Origin: the human T2T-CHM13v2.0 reference genome, Homo sapiens
Length of the DNA stretch: 64,000 nucleotides
Direction: 5' to 3' (one strand)
NCBI RefSeq assembly: GCF_009914755.1
Contig: NC_060938.1
Part shown: positions 40,521 through 51,170 of the stretch, piece after piece
Layout: each line of letters starts with the position of its first letter
Position numbering within the stretch: the first letter of the stretch is position 1
The notes under the pieces: model-generated
The model's input: only the letters and a program-made list of their open reading frames with translations
Databases searched by the model: none
Told to the model about the DNA's origin: nothing
Made by a program: the position numbers and the translations under genes

Positions 40521-43500
40521 GCTGCGACACTTCTGTCTGCAGCGGCCATCTGTCTCTGACAGCGAGAGAGTTGCCCCCTTCCTGCAGCGCCCCCCCACTC
40601 ATTGCACCAGTGGTTGTAAGGGGGCTGTCTAGAAAGCTGGGGAGCTGGTTGAGTAAATGCACACAGTAGGTGCCTGTTAAAGTGTCAGAATCTCTAAGCA
40701 GTGTTGTTGCAACCTCAGCCCGCTAAGCAAAACCCTGTGTCGTCATCGTTTTTTTAATGCGAAGAGTCTGGGGTAGGGGAAAGAGGGAAGATTTGACCTG
40801 GGTGCCCGGCTTAATAGGGATGAACCTTAAAAAGAATGCAGACGCCTTACTGGGGCGCCCACCAGGTGAACCTGTCTGGGCTTTCCCGGAGTTGAACACC
40901 TCAAAATCTGCTCCTCTTTTCAGCTCAGGTTGCAAAAGTGACGGTCAGGCTGCATGCCCAGGGCTCAACATATTTCCCTCCACGGTCCCCGTCCCCGCTG
41001 TTAGGAGGACTTGAGGTGTCGTATTTGCTTTTGGGAGTCCGAGGAGAAGGTGTTTCTCCTGCTCCTAAGAACGAGGGAGAGTGTACTGTGGTCATTTCAT
41101 TGCTGGGAACGTGGCAGAGATGTTTTTCCTGAGTGCGCTGAGCCCCATCCATGCTCGGATAGGAAGTGCCTACTGTGTGCCAGGCTGGTAGGACCCAAGA
41201 GGGCTGTTGGTGCCCTCGAGGGCAGTGGTGGGCTGTGTGGGCGAAGACAGCCTTTGCCTTGGCCTGGGGCCTGGTGGGGTGAATTGTATAACCTTTCTTG
41301 TACCTCAGGGGCTGAATGCTTCCCGGCCTGCAACCCCCAAAATGGATTCTGCGAGGATGACAATGTTTGCAGGTAATAGAGTGGCTCCTCAGAGGCAGCT
41401 TGTAGGGGCCACGCAGAAGCCTGGGGAGTCGTGAAGTCAGGCAGAAAAAAATAGGGGGCTTGGCCACTACGCTGCAGCAAACAGCTTCCGGGCCCCTGCA
41501 GAAAACTGGTGGGGCGAGCGGGGGAGATGGGGGGGGGCGGGGGGGGGGGCAGCCACAGCTCCTGTCTGCGTTCTCAGAGGTGGGGGGGCAGGTGGGACCA
41601 CTGCAGGCCACTGCGGCAAAACGCAGCACTCCCCCGGGATCTCGGGGCCCCTCCAAGTCGGCCCCCTCAGCTTGGCATGTTTTCTCTTTAAGTTTTCCCA
41701 TTCAGGTGGCTGGTGTTTACTTCCCAGGACCACCGGCTGCCACTGTGCAAAGACCCCCAAGGGTCCTTGGTTCCACAGAAAGTAGCCTGAGCTGCCTCTC
41801 TACCCCTGCCCTCTTCATATGTCCCCACCTTTCTCCCCCACCCATTGCAGGTGCCAGCCTGGCTGGCAGGGTCCCCTTTGTGACCAGTGCGTGACCTCTC
41901 CCGGCTGCCTTCACGGACTCTGTGGAGAACCCGGGCAGTGCATTTGCACCGACGGCTGGGACGGGGAGCTCTGTGATAGAGGTTGGCACTCGCCTTTGTT
42001 CACCTCAGCTCTGCGTCCTTACCTGCCTGCCCTAGCCCCTACCACCTCCTCCCAGTCTCCTGTTGCTGGTGTTCCTCACTTCCTCATTCCTGCACACTCC
42101 GTGCCCTGTATTCTAAAGATCTGTTTATAAATTTCCTGTGGGTACCGAATGCCTCCTCAGAGGTAGGGACTTTATTTTGCTCTTCTCTGCGCCATCAGCA
42201 CCCAGCACCTAGAGGGAACATGGCGTGGGGGCCAGGGAGCTGCCTGTTGAATAAAGAGTCACAAAATACACATACAGCTGGGCCGGTGGGACCACAGACC
42301 CCAGGCTGCCTGTCCAGGTCATGGAAGCCCAGTGATGGACAGGGCTCTGGGGATCTCAGAGCTAAGACTCCCTAGAAAAGCACACGCAAGACTGTAAAGA
42401 GGCTGCAAACAAACAAACGGGGTGGGGGGTGGCCAGCACTGCTCAGTGGTTGAGGGGCAGGTGCTGAGTCAGGGCCAGGAGGACAGGGCTGGGGGGCCTG
42501 GACTGAGTGGGTCAGGTGTAGGGGGAGGCTGCAGTTGGGAAAAGCTGAGAAAGGGTTAAAGTGAAGATGGGTGTTATCTGTTGATTTCATTAATTTATGC
42601 AATCTTTGCCTCCATTACCCCAAGCAATTGAGAGTTGGCTGTCACTGCATTTTCAGGCTGCGAAATGTTCGTCTAAGCCCATTTTCATTTGGCAAAACCA
42701 GCCCTAACGTTTGAGCAAACTGAAGTCCACAAAAAAACTCCCAGCTGTGTAGCAGCCTGCCCTCAGGGCCCCTGTCCCTCAGTCCCCAACATTAGTAAAG
42801 ACGGTACAGATAGGGAAACTGAGGATCAGAGAAGCACAAGTGTCTGCTAAGGAATATGAAAGAAGTTGGGCAAAAAGCCAGCTACAACCCTTTCCCCCAG
42901 CCCCAGAAAGAGAGTTAATTTTTATCTTCGATTGCATCTAACATCCTTCCTTAAGGAACACCTAAGAGCATTTTGTTGTGGCCCCTGCCCTGTACAGCCA
43001 GGGCAGCCGTGGTTCTGAAGCTGAGCTCCCTCCCACCCCAAATTGTCTCTGGTCCTTAATTCCAGCCCCTGCAATATGGTGCAAGGTTTACCCGCAGCTG
43101 ACTCATGCTCTGGCCAGCATCTCTGCTGCCCCTCACAGAAGCAGCGGCAGCAGCTCTGAGTCGTTTGAGGATCTGGGGGATTCCAGCAAAGCCACCATTT
43201 GGGATCAGGGTTAGGCTTTTAGCTTGGAGCCCATCTTTTTGGTATCTAAATGCCGTACACCCTTGCTGAAATTTTCCAGACAAATGCCTCCCTTCTCATG
43301 GGCCCTTGGTATGTCCCCTCCCCACCAAGTTGACAAAGGCAGCCAGCTTGGGGATGGCCAGAGAGTCTGGGGTCCCAGAGAAGACATAGCCCTCCCTCTC
43401 CCTTTTTGCCCATCTTTGAGGCTGTCGTGGCCACAGCTGCTGTCCCAGCAGAGACCCCCAAGCAGCCTTTTCCTCAGAGCAGCTTAATTCACCCCTGTCT

Positions 43501-46500
43501 TGGGGTTGGAGGCTCAGGAGGGCTGATCCAGGATTGGCATAGCAGGGAGAGCTGCAGGGACAAGCTGGGGGTGGTCGCCAGCTTTTTAGCTTAAATTTAA
43601 GATTCTGAGTGACAGGAGAGTCGGGTGCAGAGAATAAGGAGCCTGACGCGGAGGCGCCACGTGCTAATGCCTTGCCGGTGCCGTCCCGTAAAGATAAATC
43701 CTCTTTATGTGTCCTTGCACCAAGCCGGGCTTCCATGGAACACCACGGGGTAGTCCATCAACACAACGTTCAGGCTCTTCCTCCTTGATTGATTGCAGTC
43801 TCCCCTCCACGAGGGTGTGGGTCTCTCTGAGAGGGGGAAAAAATACGCACATGTGTGGCCTCAGCACGGGGGATTTCCCCTCCCCCCACCCCCTCCAGCC
43901 TGCCTTAGCTTGCTGTGTCTCTCACTGGCCCTGGCTTTCTGTTTGGCAGGTACAGCAGCTCAAATTATAGAAAATCAAAGCTGAAGAGTCCCTCAGAGAT
44001 TGGCCAGGGAAAGACCCTCTTTTTATAAGTAGGGAAACTGAGGCCCAGAATGGGTAGGAGCTGAACTCTGCTGCCACATGGCAGCAGGCCGGATACAGGG
44101 CAGGACAGGGGTCCCTTCCTGGCCCCACTGGGGAGCTGGGGTCTCCATCATCAGAGAGCCCCTGACTCAGGCCCTTGTGTTCAGCTCATCCCTGGCTTGC
44201 TGAACCTGAATAATGAAGTGTGCGTGATGGAAGGTGTTAAAAGATGGTGGGAATATACCAGTGCTCATGGAAACCTGTGCTGATAGGAGAGCGCTCAATA
44301 GTTCTAATTTCCCTGGCTTTAAAAGATGAAGCCTTTTTACCAGGGACCCCTTGAGTTCAGAGCCTGAGTGCAGAAAGAGAGACCACAGGGACACGTGGTA
44401 GTGCTGGGGTTAACAGGTTTCTTGATTCCTGACGGAGGGGGGTCGTTACATCTCCATCCCCCCCACTGCCCCTCTTTGATGGAAAAGTATGAAGAGCTGG
44501 TGGTTTTTCTGAGGGTTGGGCTGTATTCATCCCCCGGCTGGCCAGGACCCCTCCCCTAACAGGAGAGGGTGGAGATGCAGTCTTGTCTGGTGGAGACAGG
44601 CCTTAGGGAATCTCAGCTAGGCACGCTGTTGCAGGGAGGGGCATGATGTCCACAGTGAACGTCACGGACATGTCGCTGGATATGGGGTGACCTGGTGCCA
44701 GGCAAAGGGAACAGCTATCCTGGCCTGAATATCAGTGGCCACGACTTTCTGATCTGTGACCTTAGGCAAGGAAACCCCTTCAGCTTCCTGAGCCTCAGCT
44801 TACTCACTTCATGGGTTTTTTTGAGGGGGCTCCCTAAACCCTCTTACTCCAGACCCCACTCGGTGGCCATAGAGCCATTTTAAAGCCCACTGGGGCCCGC
44901 ATCACGCTCGTGTATGGAGAGGAAGCTAAGTTCTCGTCTTCCCCGTCACCCCGCAGATGTTCGGGCCTGCTCCTCGGCCCCCTGTGCCAACAACGGGACC
45001 TGCGTGAGCCTGGACGATGGCCTCTATGAATGCTCCTGTGCCCCCGGGTACTCGGGAAAGGACTGCCAGAAAAAGGACGGGCCCTGTGTGATCAACGGGT
45101 AAATATCCTTCCTGTGTGTGATCTAATGAATGCTGCTTTTCATGCGGCCACCAAAGACCCTTTCAGCCTAACCCTGCTGGACCTGTCGTCTGACAAAAGA
45201 TGAAGTAAGCGCTCATCCTGGCAGCCCCGTAGGGGACCGCCCTGGATGGGAGTATTCACGGGGGAATGTGTCATTGCCATAATTTTTTCAAATGATCCTG
45301 AAGGCGATTTCATATTCCCCTGATGTTCTCAAGTCCCGATGCGTGTGAGTGACAGTCGATCGGAATGATGAACTGACACTCGGAGCTGCGTAATTTTCTA
45401 AAGGCAACGTAGTAAAAGATTGGAGCTCCGCGGGGCTGAGGCTGTTTGTGAAACCCACTTGCTGTATCTCAGGGGGTGGTTTTGGGGAACTGGTGGGCTC
45501 TGCAATTGGATTTTCTGGGATGTCTGTGGAGGGAGTTGCCAGGCTGAGAGGTGAAGAGATTGGGCTTCTGCCAGCACGAGAGGAGGTGGGCCAGCTGTCA
45601 GCTATCCTCAGTGGGGAAGGGGGCTTTGGGACTCCTGGGCAGCGGACATAACAGACAGAGTGGCCACTGTCTTCACTTGGACCTCCCTGAACAATGCTTC
45701 CCAGCAGCTCAGCCTCTGCCCACCCATTATCTCTTTGGCGGCCCTGAGCCATCCCTCCCCGCTGGATGGGGCTTAGCCTGAAGCCAAGGGAGATCTTGAC
45801 AGAGGCAGGGTCCGAATGTAAGAATCCAAACTTGAACCCAGTCCTGGGCCTGTAGTTGGGGGGCAGGGGTGTCCCTTTCCTCTGAAGAAACAGAAGCTAA
45901 CATGCAAATAAGCTTATCTTGACCGGACATCGCAGGGTGGCACAGAGACCCCAGTAGTCTGTAAGAGCTGTAAACAGACATTAACGGGGCTTCCAAAGAT
46001 CAGTCTTCAGACGGGGTCAGAGTGGGGGCTGGTGAAGACTGAACTCCATTTCTGCTTATTAGCAGGAAGGAGAAAAACAGAGCGAGACCTTTAAAATATT
46101 TTGCTTTTCTCGCGAATGGACTTAAACCAGTGTGTCAAAATAGAGCCTAAGGCCCTTGAAATTCCTTCAGAGCCCAGCTCCCATGCAGCCCACACCCTGA
46201 AGCAGCAGTGCTGATTTCTTGTGTTTACTGCCCCTTCTTCCCCGGAGTTTTGCCATTTATCGGATGACAAAGGGCTCGCTCGTTTAAAAGCACTTACATT
46301 AAATGCTCCTTGTACTCCACTTTGAGCAAACAGCTTTGGTTTGCAAGCTGCACTTGGGTGAATGGACCACTATTAAACAGCCTGGTACAGACGCTGGCTT
46401 GTGCCACCGTAGACAGACCTCGTATTGCTTTCTCTTTGAGAGTCCCCAAGCGCTTCCTGCACAATAGCCTGTGGATCCACACCGCTAATAATAATAATAA

Positions 46501-47811
46501 TAATAATGAGGGTTGGCGGCAACAGTGGACATAGGCATGAAGGACGACAGCGGGTCCCGGGATAGAGTGAGGGGCGCCCCTTGCTTGGTTCTTCTGCCCC
46601 AGCAGTCCAGGGATGGAGCTAAGGGAAGGGGGCTTGCTCCAGTCCTGGGCTGTCACTGACTTTTCCTCTCCTAGCCTCAGTTTCCCCAGTTGGCTAGTGA
46701 CTAACCGGTTGGAGACTAACCTCTGGTTGGAGAGGTGCAGTAAGAGGTGGGAGAGGACGTGGGCATCCTGGCATGGGAGGTCGGGTGTGTCCCAGGTTAG
46801 CATCGAGATGGGGGTGAGGTGGGCACCCACCCACCCACCCCCAGAGCTACTGGTGAGCTTCTCGCAGACAGGGGTCACGGCCCCGGGCACCTCTCTGTGC
46901 CTCCCTGGCTGGCGTTCCCTCCCTCGCTCCCTCATTCACCTGATGTGTTTTAAGCACCTGCCCCTTAGTCAGGCCAGGGACCTTCTGCCCTGAGCCCCGT
47001 GCCCTGCAGCGCTGTTGTAGCCTAGCCCCTGAGGCCGTTTACTATGTCCCTGTTGTGTTGCAGCTCCCCCTGCCAGCACGGAGGCACCTGCGTGGATGAT
47101 GAGGGCCGGGCCTCCCATGCCTCCTGCCTGTGCCCCCCTGGCTTCTCAGGCAATTTCTGCGAGATCGTGGCCAACAGCTGCACCCCCAACCCATGCGAGA
47201 ACGACGGCGTCTGCACTGACATTGGGGGCGACTTCCGCTGCCGGTGCCCAGCCGGCTTCATCGACAAGACCTGCAGCCGCCCGGTGACCAACTGCGCCAG
47301 CAGCCCGTGCCAGAACGGGGGCACCTGCCTGCAGCACACCCAGGTGAGCTACGAGTGTCTGTGCAAGCCCGAGTTCACAGGTCTCACCTGTGTCAAGAAG
47401 CGCGCGCTGAGCCCCCAGCAGGTCACCCGTCTGCCCAGCGGCTATGGGCTGGCCTACCGCCTGACCCCTGGGGTGCACGAGCTGCCGGTGCAGCAGCCGG
47501 AGCACCGCATCCTGAAGGTGTCCATGAAAGAGCTCAACAAGAAAACCCCTCTCCTCACCGAGGGCCAGGCCATCTGCTTCACCATCCTGGGCGTGCTCAC
47601 CAGCCTGGTGGTGCTGGGCACTGTGGGTATCGTCTTCCTCAACAAGTGCGAGACCTGGGTGTCCAACCTGCGCTACAACCACATGCTGCGGAAGAAGAAG
47701 AACCTGCTGCTTCAGTACAACAGCGGGGAGGACCTGGCCGTCAACATCATCTTCCCCGAGAAGATCGACATGACCACCTTCAGCAAGGAGGCCGGCGACG
47801 AGGAGATCTAA
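39982..47811 (+). CDS. DLK1: Protein delta homolog 1 (DLK1/Pref-1), spliced CDS join(39982..40048,41309..41372,41851..41981,44957..45098,47064..47811), 383 aa
   Basis: Exon lengths 67+64+131+142+748=1152 nt, all introns GT..AG with consistent phases. Translation MTATEALLRVLLLLLAFGHSTYGAECFPACNPQNG...GQAICFTILGVLTSLVVLGTVGIVFL...KEAGDEEI* is recognisable DLK1 (signal peptide, 6 EGF repeats, TM, no DSL domain). Confidence 0.99.
41309..41372 (+). CDS. DLK1: DLK1 exon 2 (start of EGF1)
   Basis: ctttcttgtacctcag|GGGCTGAATGC...GTTTGCAG|gtaata; AECFPACNPQNGFCEDDNVCR. Confidence 0.98.
41851..41981 (+). CDS. DLK1: DLK1 exon 3 (EGF1 end, EGF2)
   Basis: cccattgcag|GTGCCAGCCT...GATAGAG|gttggc; CQPGWQGPLCDQCVTSPGCLHGLCGEPGQCICTDGWDGELCDR. 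Confidence 0.98.
44957..45098 (+). CDS. DLK1: DLK1 exon 4 (EGF3, start of EGF4)
   Basis: ccccgcag|ATGTTCGG...ATCAACGG|gtaaat; DVRACSSAPCANNGTCVSLDDGLYECSCAPGYSGKDCQKKDGPCVING. Confidence 0.98.
47064..47811 (+). CDS. DLK1: DLK1 exon 5 coding part (EGF4-6, stalk, TM, cytoplasmic tail, TAA stop)
   Basis: gttgtgttgcag|CTCCCCCTGC...GAGATCTAA; matches ORF-track 47044..47811. Confidence 0.98.
47344..47562 (+). other. DLK1: In-frame exitron of DLK1 exon 5 (219 nt, aa 229-301); removal gives the short membrane-tethered isoform
   Basis: Strong donor CAG|GTGAGC, acceptor cccctctcctcaccgag|GGC; 219 nt = 73 codons; agrees with the known short DLK1 isoform. Confidence 0.9.
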
Positions 47812-48011
47812 GCAGCGTTCCCACAGCCCCCTCTAGATTCTTGGAGTTCCGCAGAGCTTACTATACGCGGTCTGTCCTAATCTTTGTGGTGTTCGCTATC
47901 TCTTGTGTCAAATCTGGTGAACGCTACGCTTACATATATTGTCTTTGTGCTGCTGTGTGACAAACGCAATGCAAAAACAATCCTCTTTCTCTCTCTTAAT
48001 GCATGATACAG

Positions 48012-48110
48012 AATAATAATAAGAATTTCATCTTTAAATGAGTAAGAGAAATAAGTATGTTATTCTAAAATCTAAACTCAAATGAAATTTCAAAAAAGAC
48101 CAAAAAAAAA
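48012..48110 (+). terminator. Proximal, non-canonical DLK1 poly(A) region
   Basis: AU-rich block with only variant hexamers (AATAAT/AATAAG 48012-48023, AATAAG ~48049, AATGAA 48081) followed by an A-rich tract. Confidence 0.5.
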
Positions 48111-48505
48111 CAAGGCAACAGAACCAGGGCTCAGTGCCGACGCCCCTACCCTGGGGGTCTCGGCCACATGGTCCTCGTGAAACCGTTACGAGTGCTGTAC
48201 ATGACCACCCACTGTGCAAAGAGCTACGATTGCTTTCGTTCGTTAATTCTCACACACCACATCCGACTCGCACTCACATCCAGCTCAACATCGCTACCTT
48301 TAGATCTTTCCGATTGATTTGAGATTTAGCGGAGTGCAGCGGCTGTGTGTCAGTCAGAGAGAGCCCCAGGTTGGCTGCTGGGGGGCCGGGCCTCTGTGCC
48401 AGCCCTGCCACTAACTCGCTGTGTGATCCTTGGCGAGTCCCTATCCCAATCCTGGGCCCACTTTCTCGCCCCTCTCGAGGGAGGGGTTTGAACACCGACC
48501 ACCAT

Positions 48506-48776
48506 GGTCCTCTCTGGCTCTAAAACTCTGAATTAGGAACGAGGGGGTATGAACCAAAACACTTCCTGACCCCAACAATTGGGATCTGATGAAGACGAAT
48601 TCTCATCCTGGGATCCGAAAGGTTTTGGCCTATCCTGGATGAACGCTTGATGTTGAAATTTATCCTAACTGTGTTTCTCAAAGTGGGGAGCCTCCTGGCC
48701 CACTTCCCTTTTGGGAAAAAATAGCCCCTTTGAGTCATAATGTGCCATCTGGAGTTGCCACTTAGGCAGCCAGCCC
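48506..48776 (+). repeat. ~270-bp local direct duplication, copy 1 (inside the long 3'UTR)
   Basis: Manual alignment with 52146-52414, about 29 differences in 271 positions. Confidence 0.92.
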
Positions 48777-49749
48777 TCCCCCACCCCTCTTTGCCCACCC
48801 AGAACCCCAACACTATACCTGCCTCTACCCTATAGAGACATCCCTTGAGACTTGAATGTACTTTGAGCCGCAAGTGCCCCTGGCAGAATCTGAGCAGCAA
48901 CACAGCCCTCACCAAGGTTTTCACAGGGATTAGTGGAAATTGTCACTTGTGGGGCGCTTACTAGTTTTGTGGCAAATGTGGTCCAAGACCTGGCCCACAC
49001 AGCCATGGGTTTACATTTGTGTTGCTGAGTTAATAATCCTCAGATCTCAAAAGACCTAGCCAGCTTCTGAATTTTGAATTTGACTTTTTTTTTTTTTTTA
49101 ACAAAGAGCATCTATCTTTTTTGCAAAAATAGAAAGAAATGGGACAGAGCTCTGTTTAGCTTTTCAGCTTTTGGGGTTGGACAGCTAAACAGCCCTTGGG
49201 TACCAGATAGGAATATTTTGCTTCTTAGATTATTTGGATAAGAATCTATACTCTTAGCTTTATTGAGCATTGCCTGCCGTGTTTACCTTGCTCCAGGTGT
49301 TTATTTCTAAGTCATCATCACCTTCGTCATCTACAGTCAGTCACATCAGTCACCCACACACAACTCACAGTCACCCATCCATTGGTCACCTGCGCCATCG
49401 TCATGACACAATATCGACCTCATCACCTCATCGTCCTCCAGCCACTACCCAAGCCCCCTCATCCTGACTCAAAGCCCGACCAGCATCTGCCCAAACTCCC
49501 AACACCCCACTCTCCCCACCAAGCCATTGGTCTCCTCACTCCCGGTCCTTTGTCATCCTGATTCCAAGCCCCGCCCCACCCTCACCGCCTCCTCCGCATC
49601 ATCTGCACTCTGCAGAGCCCCTCCTACCCGCCTCTGTCCCCACCAGGCCCCTCCCTACCGTCAGCCCTGAGTCCCACAGCACGCGTCCCCAGCCCCTCCC
49701 AGCCTCACCCCAAAAACCCTGTCACCCCACCGACCACCATCATCACTGG

Positions 49750-50100
49750 CAAGCCCCTTCCCCTTCTCCAGCTCCCGTCCCCACTACCCCTCCCGTCCCC
49801 CAATCCTTCCCCTCCTGTTAGCCCACCCCTCCTTTCCTATCACCCCCACCTTTCCCTTCCCATTCTCCCCACCCTTCCCCTCCGATCCCACCACCCTTCC
49901 CTTCCGATCCCCGTCATCCTTCCCCTCTGATCCCCCACCCTTCCCCTCCTGTCCTCCCCAGCCCTCCCTTCCTATCACCCTCACCCTTCCCCTCCCGTTC
50001 TCCCCACCCTTCCCCTCCTGTCTCCACCAGCCCTCCCTTCCTATCACCCCCACCCTTCTCCTCCCTTCCCTCACCCCAAACCCCTGGGTCCTCCACCCCA
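49750..50100. repeat. C/T-rich degenerate tandem repeat (~21-23-bp CCCACCCTTCCCCTCC-type units)
   Basis: Repeated cccacccttcccctcc and ccctcccttcctatcacccc blocks. Confidence 0.85.
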
Positions 50101-50189
50101 ATCTCTGACAACCGCCCCAAGTCCCTCTTCCTTCCCCACGAAGTCATTCATAAGTCACCATCTCATCTCATTTTGAGTTTGTTTTAAGA

Positions 50190-50204
50190 AATAAAAAAAT
50201 TAAA
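50190..50204 (+). terminator. Candidate intermediate poly(A) signal (AATAAA + ATTAAA)
   Basis: AATAAA 50190-50195, ATTAAA 50199-50204; A-rich context, so internal priming is possible. Confidence 0.4.
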
Positions 50205-51119
50205 AAGACAAAAAAAAGAATTGTTGGCATGTGTCAGGCGGGCGTCTGGTACCCTGCCTGGCCTCTCTCAGCGTGAGACCTGGACTGAGCCTGCTAACGA
50301 TTCTGTTCCTCAGTTTCCCCAAATAGAAAATTCTAAGATTGGTCAGATGATCAAATTATCTATGTTTTCGATCTTGATGCTATAGAGAACAGCCATGTTC
50401 CCCTGATAACAAGAAAAAGACGTCCCACGGTCGAGGTATCCTTGACCAACTCCCCATCCATTCATTTGTTCACCGTCCACAACCCATCTGATCAGGAAGC
50501 ATTTCCAGGCACCTGCGGAGCACTAGGCAGTGTGCGGAAGCTGCAGGGCAGGCAGGACGAGGGGGCAGTCTGGAGGGGGGTGGACACACAGCTGTCCCCA
50601 GGGAGCCCAGCGCGGTGCCGGTCACATGCCGTGGGAGTGGAGGGTCTTGAGCAGACGCCTCCCTTGGAGAAGAGCCACCATCTCACCTTCCCACGCAACA
50701 AATTATCTATTACCAGCACCCGATGAGGCCGTCCCTCCCAAATTCCACAGTGCCCACCACTCGCACTACCCCCCCCGTGCAACAGAAGCAGTGTCAGCAG
50801 CCTCGCCACGGTCTTCACGTCATGCAGAAATGGTCATTCCATGTTCTATGGCCACCAGATTCTGCTGAGAGTGTCGGGATCCTTGACTGCCCAGCCGCAC
50901 CTTGTGTGTGTCTGGTGTAGTGTGTAGTTTACGAAACAAACGGAAAAGCTCAAAGACAGCGATCCAAGACATGATCAGCAATTTGGTCCCAAATTAGGAG
51001 AGGAGGAAGAGGAGTATCAATTTTGTCACCAAAATGTTAAAAAAAATGTCCTTGGCGCTCTTTTTAGCTTTCCCGTTTACTACCAGTCCAGACATGCAAA
51101 AAAACCTTGTTTATTGAAA

Positions 51120-51170
51120 AATAAACAACAAGGGCTAGACTTGTGTCTGCGTCTTTGATTTTGCGTGTGC
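51120..51170 (+). terminator. Distal DLK1 poly(A) signal (long 3'UTR, ~3.3 kb)
   Basis: AATAAA 51120-51125, U-rich upstream, GU/U-rich downstream element ttgtgtctgcgtctttgattttgcgtgtg at 51141-51169. Confidence 0.75.

Larger units (their letters stand above)
47000..47900. promoter_or_regulatory. CpG-rich region over DLK1 exon 5 (position of the somatic Dlk1 DMR described in mouse)
   Basis: High CpG density across exon 5; the DMR assignment comes from prior knowledge, and methylation is not visible in sequence. Confidence 0.55.

Noticed and set aside
27995-46003. Exact 17-mer gggcttccaaagatcag at 27995-28011 and 45987-46003
   Set aside because: One 17-mer match in 64 kb is plausible by chance; flanks do not align beyond a short catta.
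47146-47960. Alternative-frame (47244..47960, 238 aa) and antisense (47146..47682) ORFs over exon 5
   Set aside because: Expected shadow of high GC3 codon usage; the + strand one starts at GTG. Relevant only as the neo-C-terminus of +1 frameshift alleles.
48586-48700. TGATGA in the duplicated unit as a snoRNA box C
   Set aside because: Preceded by C rather than a purine, with no CTGA box D at a suitable distance in either copy.
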